Positions 8,627 to 15,565 of a stretch of DNA of 55,914 bases are shown one piece after another. Source of the DNA: a virus (lineage: Duplodnaviria > Caudoviricetes); IMG/VR virus record IMGVR_UViG_3300046010_005980, positions 1 through 55,914 of that record; one strand, 5' to 3'. Positions within the stretch are counted from its first letter, which is position 1. The number at the start of each line of letters is the position of its first letter. Under the pieces are notes generated by a model. It made no database searches, was not told where the DNA came from, and worked only from the letters and a program-made list of their open reading frames with translations. Both the position numbers and the translations under genes were made by a program.

Positions 8627-8843
8627 GATCCATCTCCTCGTCCTTGAGCTTGTGGTAGAGCCAATCGCCCTCCTCTTCGTCGTAATCGTCGTCCTCGATC
8701 TGCCCGTCTCCGCCGCAGTTTTCGCAAGCGTCCTCGTACTCCTCGATGAAGCCCACGTCGCGGCCGACGTTGTGGCTGTGGACGCGCTCGTAGAGCACCG
8801 AACCTTGGCCCTCGCACTCCGGGCAGGGTTTGAAGTGGGTCAT
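8619..8843 (-). CDS. Small DnaJ-type zinc-finger protein
   Basis: Two CxxCxGxG motifs (CPECEGQG, CENCGGDG) and an acidic tail. Confidence 0.7.
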   Translation of the reverse strand: MTHFKPCPECEGQGSVLYERVHSHNVGRDVGFIEEYEDACENCGGDGQIEDDDYDEEEGDWLYHKLKDEEMDHD

Positions 8844-9010
8844 GCGTGAAACTCCTCTACGCCAAAGTCCTCTCCGCCTATCACTGCGAAGGCGAAGTCC
8901 TCAGGGTGGTCAGTCTTGAACCGCAGCGCGGCCTCAAGCTTGGTTGGGCAGGAATAAACCTCATACGCCATGTTGAGGTCCTCGTTCATCCAGATGAACA
9001 GCCAGCGCAT
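8840..9010 (-). CDS. Hypothetical protein (56 aa, below ORF-track cutoff)
   Basis: Hand-translated MRWLFIWMNEDLNMAYEV...EEFHA; TGATG coupling, fills the gap exactly. Confidence 0.55.
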   Translation of the reverse strand: MRWLFIWMNEDLNMAYEVYSCPTKLEAALRFKTDHPEDFAFAVIGGEDFGVEEFHA

Positions 9011-9255
9011 CACTCCACCTCCTTGAAGCTTGCGTTCTTGAAGTCATCCTCATGCAGGGCAGGCTTGCCCACCCCCTCGAAGATGTACTTGTTGAAGACG
9101 TGGCGGGCCTCGTCGAGAGTGTCCCCGCCGACGCATGCGCTAGCGTACCCCATCAGGGTGCCATCGTCGTTGTAGTACACCTCCTTCAGCACAAACCAAT
9201 CCTCTCCGTCGTTCTCGGACGGGGTGTTCACAAGGCGGTAATTCCAGTGCATCAA
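9010..9255 (-). CDS. Hypothetical protein
   Basis: WNYRLV...EVYYNDDG motif recognised from small phage proteins. Confidence 0.7.
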   Translation of the reverse strand: MMHWNYRLVNTPSENDGEDWFVLKEVYYNDDGTLMGYASACVGGDTLDEARHVFNKYIFEGVGKPALHEDDFKNASFKEVE

Positions 9256-9680
9256 TCCACCTCCCAGCCCAGCACGGCAGCGTAACCCTTGATCGCTTCG
9301 ATCAGCATAGGCACCTGCAAAGGGCTTTGCAGATACAGGGCGTCTTCGTGCTGTTCCACGTAAATACAGGCAAACGCGCCGTCTTCAGTATACACCAAAA
9401 GCTGCCCCACATCGGACGCCCTGCCGATGATCGTCCCCCCCTGATCCTTGAATGTCCGGAACACCCGAGACTTGCGCTTGAGGGCACGAAGTAACCTGCG
9501 CGTATGCGACTCACACGTCAAAAGCACAATGTCCGTCAGCCAGTCTTCGCCATGCTCCCCACCATTTATCTGCTGGATGGCAATGCTGTCCGGCCAAGGC
9601 CCCGCAGCGGTCCTGATGTAGACGCAGAACCTGTTGCAGCCGTCGCCCGGATCGACGAGGGTTTTCGAATTTCTGTCCAT
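9252..9680 (-). CDS. Hypothetical protein
   Basis: TGATG coupling, AAGGAG RBS. Confidence 0.6.
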   Translation of the reverse strand: MDRNSKTLVDPGDGCNRFCVYIRTAAGPWPDSIAIQQINGGEHGEDWLTDIVLLTCESHTRRLLRALKRKSRVFRTFKDQGGTIIGRASDVGQLLVYTEDGAFACIYVEQHEDALYLQSPLQVPMLIEAIKGYAAVLGWEVD

Positions 9681-9982
9681 CACGCGGTCTCCTTGCAAGC
9701 GCAGCCGCTGCGGATGTTGTTAGGGAATACGCTGGCCTTGCGGCACTCGCAGTTCCCGTCGTCGCAAGCGTTGACGTACACGTCCTCTTCGGCAGCGTTG
9801 GCTTCCCGAATCGCTGCCCACAGCAGTTCCCGTAGCTCCGCGCGGCGCAGGTAGAAGGTCATCTCGCCCACGTCCCGGAAATTGGGGTAGCCGCTGCCGC
9901 TCAGCTCAATGTCGTTGTCGAGGCAGTCGATGATCACCTGCGCGTAGGCGACGGACAGGGATAGATTGATGGTGTCAGGCAT
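9680..9982 (-). CDS. Hypothetical protein, first gene of leftward operon
   Basis: ATG 9982 after ACGGAGAAC RBS; Cys-rich C-terminus. Confidence 0.6.
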   Translation of the reverse strand: MPDTINLSLSVAYAQVIIDCLDNDIELSGSGYPNFRDVGEMTFYLRRAELRELLWAAIREANAAEEDVYVNACDDGNCECRKASVFPNNIRSGCACKETA

Positions 9983-10017
9983 GTTGGTTCTCCGTTCTGG
10001 TTTAAGGTTTAGGTGGT

Positions 10018-10049
10018 ACTTGTGTAAAATAAACAAGTGAGGGTGTCAA
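10018..10049 (-). promoter_or_regulatory. Sigma70-like promoter with overlapping palindromic operator
   Basis: TTGACA-N17-TACACA; ACTTGT-N9-ACAAGT palindrome at 10018-10038. Confidence 0.55.
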
Positions 10050-10053
10050 GGGG

Positions 10054-10380
10054 TCAGGATAAGCGCCAGACCCGCATGCCATACGTCTGGCCCTCAGTGC
10101 CCGACCGCGTCAACACGGCAACCTGCCTGCGACGCGCTGCGCTCATGATCCGGGCCCGATGCCCGTTCTCCTCGGTCCTCGGCACTGGGACAAACACGCT
10201 CTCCCCCACCACCATGGCGTCCAAGACAGCGCCAAAGCCAAGCGTGGGGTCGTCGCCCAATACCTCGACAGTGTGGGTAAAGCCCGGAGGCGGAGGCAGG
10301 TCGCCGCCATGCTCAAGACGCGCACGACGCAAAGCCTTGCTGGCAGGGATGCGGTGGTCGGAGGAGATTAGGAGAAGCAT
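10054..10380 (-). CDS. Hypothetical protein
   Basis: C-terminal GMRVWRL resembles GIRVFRI of the adjacent gene (probable paralogs). Confidence 0.6.
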   Translation of the reverse strand: MLLLISSDHRIPASKALRRARLEHGGDLPPPPGFTHTVEVLGDDPTLGFGAVLDAMVVGESVFVPVPRTEENGHRARIMSAARRRQVAVLTRSGTEGQTYGMRVWRLS

Positions 10381-10384
10381 GGGT

Positions 10385-10726
10385 CTAGGCTATGCGAAAG
10401 ACGCGGATGCCGGGGATGTCGTTCTCGTAATCCTTCCGGGTCATCACCGCCCACCCGTGCTTCTTGGCCTTGCTAAAAGCCGCGGCACGAGCCTGCGCAA
10501 CCCCGTAGCGTGGGTGTATGTAAAGGCTGTCGCCGGGAAGAAGGTCGTCGATGATCGAGTAGTCCACACGCAGGATCGAGGCGTCACGCTCGTCAAAGGT
10601 AAGCTCCAGCTTCTCGTTGAACCCCTTCACAGCATAACGCTGTAGCTCCTTCCACTTCAAGAAGCTCAGGCCACGATCAATCTCCGAGTCAATCGGGGTC
10701 TTCAAAGATAGTGCCGACATGCTCAT
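10385..10726 (-). CDS. Hypothetical protein
   Basis: GAGG RBS; PGDS...GIRVFRI pattern of small putative DNA-binding phage proteins. Confidence 0.65.
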   Translation of the reverse strand: MSMSALSLKTPIDSEIDRGLSFLKWKELQRYAVKGFNEKLELTFDERDASILRVDYSIIDDLLPGDSLYIHPRYGVAQARAAAFSKAKKHGWAVMTRKDYENDIPGIRVFRIA

Positions 10727-10754
10727 ACCTCATGCTGTCATAGTTTGTAGTTTG

Positions 10755-10783
10755 TAATTAGTTGATGGAGACGGGTTCGTCAA
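10755..10783 (-). promoter_or_regulatory. Sigma70-like promoter
   Basis: TTGACG-N17-TAATTA upstream of ATG 10726. Confidence 0.45.
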
Positions 10784-10824
10784 GGGTGGTTCTCGGGCCT
10801 TGGGCCTTGGGCCTTGGTGCTTCG

Positions 10825-11086
10825 CGAGTTTCCCTAATACGGCCGTAGACCCCAGCGTGAGTGTGAAGCCCGCGTTGATTTGAGGAAAAAAAACTATTTG
10901 GTGTAAATGACAGTCATTTCACCCTTATAAATAAGGGTTTTCAGCATTTACAGGCATGTTTTGTTCTTTTACACTTGGACAGCATTCGTAAATGAAAACA
11001 CCATCTTCTCTACCCTGCCCTGCCCCTGAGCGTTGTTGAAACGGTTGAAATGACGCTGGGAGCCACGGGCCTATAAGGGAAACTCG
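10825..11086. other. Candidate replication origin: AT-rich core flanked by 36-bp imperfect inverted repeats
   Basis: 10825-10860 vs reverse complement of 11051-11086 (29/36 identical by hand count); palindrome ACCCTTAT-AA-ATAAGGGT at 10921-10938; several GTAAA(T/A) boxes. Confidence 0.55.
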
Positions 11087-11159
11087 ACTTTGCCCCACCT
11101 TGCCAGCCCGCTTTTGACGCTGTAGAGTTGTGGGAATACCACAAGTTGGAGGTTGATAC

Positions 11160-11801
11160 ATGGCCGAGCGTAAAAAGCCGGGACCTGTGCCCCGTGCGAA
11201 GTTTGACAAGACGGTCGATGCTGCCCCTCTCTTGAAGTCCGCCTTCGAGCTTGAGCTTGAGGAAGAGTACGGCCGGGAGATCACTGTCAGGCAGCGCACG
11301 TTCTGCGAACTGTATGTCGAAGGCAGGCTGACGGCCACCGAATGCGCGAGGCAGGCGGGGTACAGCCCCAACGCTGCCAGCGACATTGCCACCAAGCTAC
11401 TGAACGGGTCGTCCTTCCCACATATCCCCCGATACATCTCCCAGCTTCGGGACGAGAAGGAGCGGCTGTACGGTGTCAGCCTGTCCGGCCAGCTTGAACG
11501 GCTGTACAAGCTGTCGCGCGGGGCCGAAGAGGCCAGCCAGTTTTCTGCCGCCATCAACGCGGAGAAGATCAGATCGGCACTCGGGGGCCTGACGGTTGAC
11601 CGTCGCGAGAACGTCAACACCATCGACCAGATGACACGCGACCAGATCACCGCCCGCCTTGCGGAGTTGCAGCAGAAATACCCGCAGGCTTTCATCGTCG
11701 ATGCCGAATACACAGAGGTGCCCAGTGGCCGGACCAGAAGCAAAGGTGTGGGCAAATATGCGGAAATATCTGCCCCCGAAGTGTCACGCGACGAGGATTG
11801 A
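11160..11801 (+). CDS. terS: Terminase small subunit
   Basis: TVRQRTFCELYV...ATECARQAGYS...ATKLL...PHI..YI N-terminal TerS pattern; GGAGG RBS. Confidence 0.8.
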   Translation: MAERKKPGPVPRAKFDKTVDAAPLLKSAFELELEEEYGREITVRQRTFCELYVEGRLTATECARQAGYSPNAASDIATKLLNGSSFPHIPRYISQLRDEKERLYGVSLSGQLERLYKLSRGAEEASQFSAAINAEKIRSALGGLTVDRRENVNTIDQMTRDQITARLAELQQKYPQAFIVDAEYTEVPSGRTRSKGVGKYAEISAPEVSRDED

Positions 11802-12183
11802 GAACCGCCACGGCGGCGGTATTCCTGACGTGCATATTTGTATCCCCGGGGTGAGCTTTTGGGTCGAACTGAAAGCCTCGAAAACAGATGGCGTTTCTCT
11901 GCGCCCGCAACAGGCTGCTTGGCATGCGCGGCAGGCTTCATGCGGTGGCCTCTCATACGTGCTCTGCGGCTTTGCGCACCCACCCTACGTCAAAATATGG
12001 AGGGCCTCTGCGCCCTCTCCTACGGCCTCTGCGGGCCTGCTCTGCGGCCCCGCGCTGATCGAGTCTGACAGCATGGCCGATGCTCTGCGCCTGCTCTGCG
12101 CCGACGCTCTGCGGCTGAACGCTGAGCGGAGCTCTGCGGCTCTGCGCTCTGCGGGTGGAACGGAAAAGACCCCCGACCCGTGA
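11725..12183 (+). CDS. PD-(D/E)XK nuclease, VRR-NUC/Holliday-junction-resolvase-like
   Basis: E...RIEN..GGGIPD...WVELK...LRPQQAAW motifs. Confidence 0.75.
   Translation: MAGPEAKVWANMRKYLPPKCHATRIENRHGGGIPDVHICIPGVSFWVELKASKTDGVSLRPQQAAWHARQASCGGLSYVLCGFAHPPYVKIWRASAPSPTASAGLLCGPALIESDSMADALRLLCADALRLNAERSSAALRSAGGTEKTPDP
11897..12153 (+). repeat. Dispersed CTCTGCG heptamer cluster (11 copies)
   Basis: Copies start at 11897, 11962, 12006, 12027, 12040, 12083, 12094, 12107, 12132, 12140, 12147; same strand, several reading frames. Confidence 0.75.
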
Positions 12184-12193
12184 GGGCCGGGGG
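12162..12193 (-). terminator. Intrinsic terminator between convergent genes
   Basis: Minus strand CCCCCGGCCC-TCAC-GGGTCGGGGG followed by TCTTTT. Confidence 0.6.
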
Positions 12194-12236
12194 CAAGGTG
12201 GCCGCGCCCGGGCGGATATGGGCGCGGCGCGGCAAA

Positions 12237-12959
12237 TCAATGCTGCACGATAGCAACGGATTTAGGCGACCGTGTCGCAAGCCCGGCGCAAAGCTTGCAA
12301 GCTTCGCACGTTGTGCGCTTGCCCGCCTCTTTACTGGCCGGGCAAAGCACTTCCCGGGAAGGATCGATTTCTGAGACGTTCTGCACCACGCGGAACGTGC
12401 GCGCCCCGGCTTGCCAGAAGATCAGCGCTTGCCCGTAGGTGTCGGCCGATTGCATGACAATTTCTGGCCGATATCCCGATTGATGGCTGTATCCGGTCCA
12501 CCCTGCGGCCTCAGACAAAAGCGAATCCCATACATGCGACGGCACGGCGGCGGGGTCCCCGTAGGTGCCAAGCCTGACCATGCGGCCGCGCCCGATAGCG
12601 GCCGGATCGACGGGCGCATACAGGCCCCGATGATAGGCGCGGAAAACAACAAGCGGCCCCTGCCCGAGCACCACGTAGCACGTGCGCATTTTTGCTTGTT
12701 TTGCGCCCGGGTCCGCCGTCGCGGTGCCCCGGTGCACACATGTTCCGCAGATCGAAATATCGGCCCCGGTTTTGCTGGCCTCAAGCGGGTTGATATCTTC
12801 CCGAATGATGTAGGTCTGCACCATGCCGCCCGTCTTTTTGTTCCGCTTGGAATAGACCGCGACCACGACAATAGGCGCGCCGTCGATCAGCGACGGCCCC
12901 CGATAGATGATGCCAGAAGAAATTGTTTCCCCCGCCCGCTTGCCAAGACCTTTTTTCAT
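12237..12959 (-). CDS. GP88-like Cys-rich (putative Fe-S) phage protein
   Basis: NKKTG, CGTC...CY, VRLGTYGD, GYSHQ, SAD and CPA...TCEACKLC motifs recognised from the GP88-related family. Confidence 0.6.
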   Translation of the reverse strand: MKKGLGKRAGETISSGIIYRGPSLIDGAPIVVVAVYSKRNKKTGGMVQTYIIREDINPLEASKTGADISICGTCVHRGTATADPGAKQAKMRTCYVVLGQGPLVVFRAYHRGLYAPVDPAAIGRGRMVRLGTYGDPAAVPSHVWDSLLSEAAGWTGYSHQSGYRPEIVMQSADTYGQALIFWQAGARTFRVVQNVSEIDPSREVLCPASKEAGKRTTCEACKLCAGLATRSPKSVAIVQH

Positions 12960-13024
12960 TTTGCCGTTCTCCGTTTTCCATTTGCCAAAGGCCCGAGGTT
13001 CAAGCCCCGATGCCTGAGAAACCT

Positions 13025-13054
13025 AGCATACTTGTTTGTTTTGCACAAGCACAA
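13025..13054 (-). promoter_or_regulatory. Promoter with operator near-identical to that at 10018
   Basis: TTGTGC-N18-TATGCT; 13030-13050 ACTTGTTTGTTTTGCACAAGC matches the reverse complement of 10018-10038 at 18/21. Confidence 0.55.
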
Positions 13055-13113
13055 AGGCCCCCGGTCCGCGGAGCTTTTCACATTGCGCAGCGGTCCGGGG
13101 GCCGGGGTCCGGG

Positions 13114-13212
13114 GCTCTGCGGCCCGGCGCGGTTCTTTTATTGCTCTGCGGCCCGGCGCGCTTTTTAAATATTGCGCAAGCTCTGCGGCTCTGCGGCCCC
13201 GCGCGGCTTTTT
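13114..13212 (+). repeat. Three GCTCTGCGGCCC(G/C)GCGCG units, each followed by a T-tract
   Basis: Units start at about 13114, 13143 and 13188 in a non-coding gap. Confidence 0.7.
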
Positions 13213-13353
13213 CCACGTCCGAGGCCCGAGGAACGAGGGCCTCGGACCGCGGGTCTCGTGCGTAAGCAAGAGGCCCGCTGACCGCTTGCGCGGAACGCGC
13301 TCCGTTTCACTATGGCTTGTGCGCGACTAGCGCACTCCATTTTAAAAGGTCGT

Positions 13354-13381
13354 AGAGCGACCCGGTTGCCCGGGCCGCTCT
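13354..13381 (-). terminator. GNRA-loop hairpin at end of early operon (possible terminator)
   Basis: AGAGCGGCCCGG-GCAA-CCGGGTCGCTCT just after stop at 13385; T-run 6 nt downstream. Confidence 0.55.
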
Positions 13382-13384
13382 GTC

Positions 13385-13588
13385 CTAGAACCGTTCGCCT
13401 GTCTCCTCGCCCCACTGACTGCGTGGGGCAAGTTGCTGGCCGCCGCCGTTGTATTCGGTGCCGCAGTTGCACTCGTTGGCCCAGCTGTCGTGCAGGGTCA
13501 GGTGCGTGCCGCAGTCGCATTGGATGGTGACGAACCGGCGCACGCGGCCGTTCCAGTTCTCTTCGACGAAGCCTGTTCTCTTTGCCAT
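13385..13588 (-). CDS. Small zinc-ribbon-like protein
   Basis: CDCG...CNCG; GGAGGA RBS. Confidence 0.65.
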   Translation of the reverse strand: MAKRTGFVEENWNGRVRRFVTIQCDCGTHLTLHDSWANECNCGTEYNGGGQQLAPRSQWGEETGERF

Positions 13589-13589
13589 G

Positions 13590-13817
13590 TCAGTCCTCCT
13601 CCCAGTAGTCATCCGACCCGTCGATCTCGCGGGCCATCCGCTGGTAGATCGCATTCTGACGCTCGGCGGTGTCCCTGTCGTCTTCCATCTGGACGCAGCG
13701 CGACTCGGGGAACTCTTCCTGAACGTAGGCCCAAGCGGCCTCGCGACAGGTTGCGTTGAACGTGTGGCCGAACTCGCAGCCCGTCTCGTCCAGCATTACG
13801 GCGTGGTATTGTGTCAT
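13590..13817 (-). CDS. Hypothetical early protein
   Basis: ACGGAGAAC RBS, acidic. Confidence 0.7.
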   Translation of the reverse strand: MTQYHAVMLDETGCEFGHTFNATCREAAWAYVQEEFPESRCVQMEDDRDTAERQNAIYQRMAREIDGSDDYWEED

Positions 13818-13830
13818 TTCCGTTCTCCGT

Positions 13831-13861
13831 TGTGTGAGTGGGGCGACGTTGCCGCCGCCCC
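13831..13861 (-). repeat. 31-bp intergenic repeat, copy 1 (GNRA hairpin)
   Basis: Identical to 14729-14759; minus strand GGGGCGGCG-GCAA-CGTCGCCCC-ACTCACACA. Confidence 0.9.
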
Positions 13862-13868
13862 GAGGTTG

Positions 13869-14171
13869 TTAGCCGAGGCGCTCGATGGTGCCTGCGATGT
13901 TGGAGCGCTTGCCGTGGGCCTCGAGCCACTCCGGCGTGGCTGCGACGAGCCTGCCGTAGGTGATGATCTCGTTGGCGTAGGTGTCGCCCATCTCGAAGCT
14001 GCCCCAAGTGTTTTCCGACTTGGCCGCGACCATCCAGCGGGCGTAGCGGTCCTTGAGCTCGTTTGCGGGTGCCTTGTAGGTCTTGAGGACCCGCCACTCC
14101 CATCCGCCCGGTGCCTGATAGATGGCGTAGGGTGCGTCGGTCTTGCGGGATTTTGCGAAGGGGTTAGCCAT
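13869..14171 (-). CDS. Hypothetical early protein
   Basis: NPFAKSR...PYAIY...WEWRVLKTY...YARW...FEMGDTY, a conserved-looking phage protein; GGAG RBS. Confidence 0.75.
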   Translation of the reverse strand: MANPFAKSRKTDAPYAIYQAPGGWEWRVLKTYKAPANELKDRYARWMVAAKSENTWGSFEMGDTYANEIITYGRLVAATPEWLEAHGKRSNIAGTIERLG

Positions 14172-14379
14172 TGTTTTGCTCCGTGAGTTTGTTGAGGTCG
14201 TCGAGTGCCAGTAGGTATTGACCGCGTTTGTATTCCCACCCGGTCAGTGCGGATACTTTGGCCAGCAGCGTCTTGCCGGACATTTTGCTGTGCTTGAGGC
14301 CTAAAGCCATCATCTTGAGGTGCAGCTTCAAGAACAGCGCCTGCGTCGTCGGGTCGGTAGGGTCGATAATCGTTGTCAT
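14164..14379 (-). CDS. Hypothetical early protein
   Basis: CGGAGAAC RBS; TG..YKRGQY motif. Confidence 0.7.
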   Translation of the reverse strand: MTTIIDPTDPTTQALFLKLHLKMMALGLKHSKMSGKTLLAKVSALTGWEYKRGQYLLALDDLNKLTEQNNG

Positions 14380-14396
14380 GTTGTTCTCCGGGTTGG

Positions 14397-14420
14397 GCCG
14401 GGGACATCGCTGCCCCCGGC
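14397..14420 (-). promoter_or_regulatory. Intergenic GNRA hairpin
   Basis: GCCGGGGGCA-GCGA-TGTCCCCGGC directly upstream of the RBS. Confidence 0.6.
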
Positions 14421-14427
14421 GTTGTTG

Positions 14428-14715
14428 TCAGAACGGCAGGTCGCCGTCGTCCACGACAACCTCGATCCGAGGCAGCGACCTGATCCAGTGCGTGTAGTGC
14501 GAGTACTTCTCGACCACCGACATCGGGCCGACCTTGGCCTCGTAGGTGTGCATGAAGACCGGCGCGTCGCAGTCTTCCTCTAGGTATACGACAGCGCCCT
14601 GCTGGTAGCTGTAGGCGCTGAAGTCGCTGGGCGTGAGGCCGACAGTGTCAAGGTCCGCGACGCGAACTTCAAGCCAGCCGTGCGACGGGTCGGTGTGGAA
14701 AGTGAACTGTGTCAT
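14428..14715 (-). CDS. Conserved phage hypothetical early protein
   Basis: FHTDPSHGWLEV...SAYSY...VYLEEDCDA...WIRSL motifs; AGGAG RBS; ends DDGDLPF. Confidence 0.75.
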   Translation of the reverse strand: MTQFTFHTDPSHGWLEVRVADLDTVGLTPSDFSAYSYQQGAVVYLEEDCDAPVFMHTYEAKVGPMSVVEKYSHYTHWIRSLPRIEVVVDDGDLPF

Positions 14716-14728
14716 AGTGTGCTCCTGC

Positions 14729-14759
14729 TGTGTGAGTGGGGCGACGTTGCCGCCGCCCC
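14729..14759 (-). repeat. 31-bp intergenic repeat, copy 2 (GNRA hairpin)
   Basis: Identical to 13831-13861. Confidence 0.9.
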
Positions 14760-14767
14760 TGTTGAGA

Positions 14768-15172
14768 TTAAGCGTGGTGCTCAAGTGCGTTGGATGCGAG
14801 ACGCTTCATCATGTCCGTCAGCGGGTTGATGAAGTGCTCGTCCATCCCCATGTCCTTGGCCCGATCCATGACGCGACCCAGCATCAGCATGAACTCTTCG
14901 TGCTCGAGCTCGGTCTTGGACTTGAGGCCGTCAACGTAGGTGTGAGCCTCGGTCAGGCTGTCCGAGATCAGCGCCGCGTCGTCGCCGTAGAAGGACTTGT
15001 AGGTGTACTGCGAGTCGTCCCGAACCTTGAAGCTGACCTCGATGCAGGTCTTCCGCCAGTCCTTGGTCGAGACCGAGAGCGACACCTCCGGGTCTATGAA
15101 GTCCCGAGCCTTGAGCCGGAACTGCAGTGCCAAGACTGCGCCGTGGAGTGCTTGTGCGTTGATGTTTGTCAT
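14768..15172 (-). CDS. Hypothetical protein, first gene of early operon
   Basis: ATG 15172 after AAGGA RBS. Confidence 0.7.
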   Translation of the reverse strand: MTNINAQALHGAVLALQFRLKARDFIDPEVSLSVSTKDWRKTCIEVSFKVRDDSQYTYKSFYGDDAALISDSLTEAHTYVDGLKSKTELEHEEFMLMLGRVMDRAKDMGMDEHFINPLTDMMKRLASNALEHHA

Positions 15173-15307
15173 TTGCCGTTTCCTTCTTCGAGTTAGACCG
15201 TCGATCATCGAACGGTCGTTCCCACCTTGCGAGAACGCCCCTTCGCGAACATAGCACCCTGAAAAGTCAAGATTCGGCTTTGTGCATGTCTGTTCTTGCA
15301 ACTGATC

Positions 15308-15355
15308 TTGGTCCGCCCGCGCTGAGCCTGCGAAGCGCGGTTAACAGCGGACCAA
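15308..15355. other. Bulged hairpin 1 (TTAACA bulge)
   Basis: TTGGTCCGC|CCGCGC-loop-GCGCGG|TTAACA|GCGGACCAA. Confidence 0.7.
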
Positions 15356-15525
15356 CACCCAAGAAGAACTGATATGCGCAAAGGTGAATCGACCCCCTTG
15401 CGGGGTTGACTTTTCGATGTCGCAGGGCCGTCGCCCTTTTGGCGGCGGCAATGCGACTGGGTGATATGGTAAGATGGCTCGGGGCGGAGCATGGTGGGAC
15501 GGTCGTTTGATGATAGATAGAAGAC

Positions 15526-15565
15526 AGGCCCGCCCGCGCCCCCGGGCGCGGTTAACAGCGGGCCT
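15526..15565. other. Bulged hairpin 2 (TTAACA bulge)
   Basis: AGGCCCGC|CCGCGCC-CCCG-GGCGCGG|TTAACA|GCGGGCCT. Confidence 0.7.

Noticed and set aside
10925-11983. 352-aa minus-strand ORF
   Set aside because: Antisense to terS and the nuclease; no recognisable motifs.
13831-14759. 31-bp direct repeats as a CRISPR mini-array or att sites
   Set aside because: They are 898 bp apart with whole genes between them, and no cas or integrase gene is visible; reported as cassette hairpins instead.
15248-15270. TTGACT...TATGTT as a sigma70 promoter for the early operon
   Set aside because: The spacer is only 11 nt, so it cannot be called a canonical promoter.
15308-15565. Bulged hairpins as integron attC sites
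   Set aside because: No RYYYAAC/GTTRRRY box pair, no cassette ORF between them, and no integron integrase.
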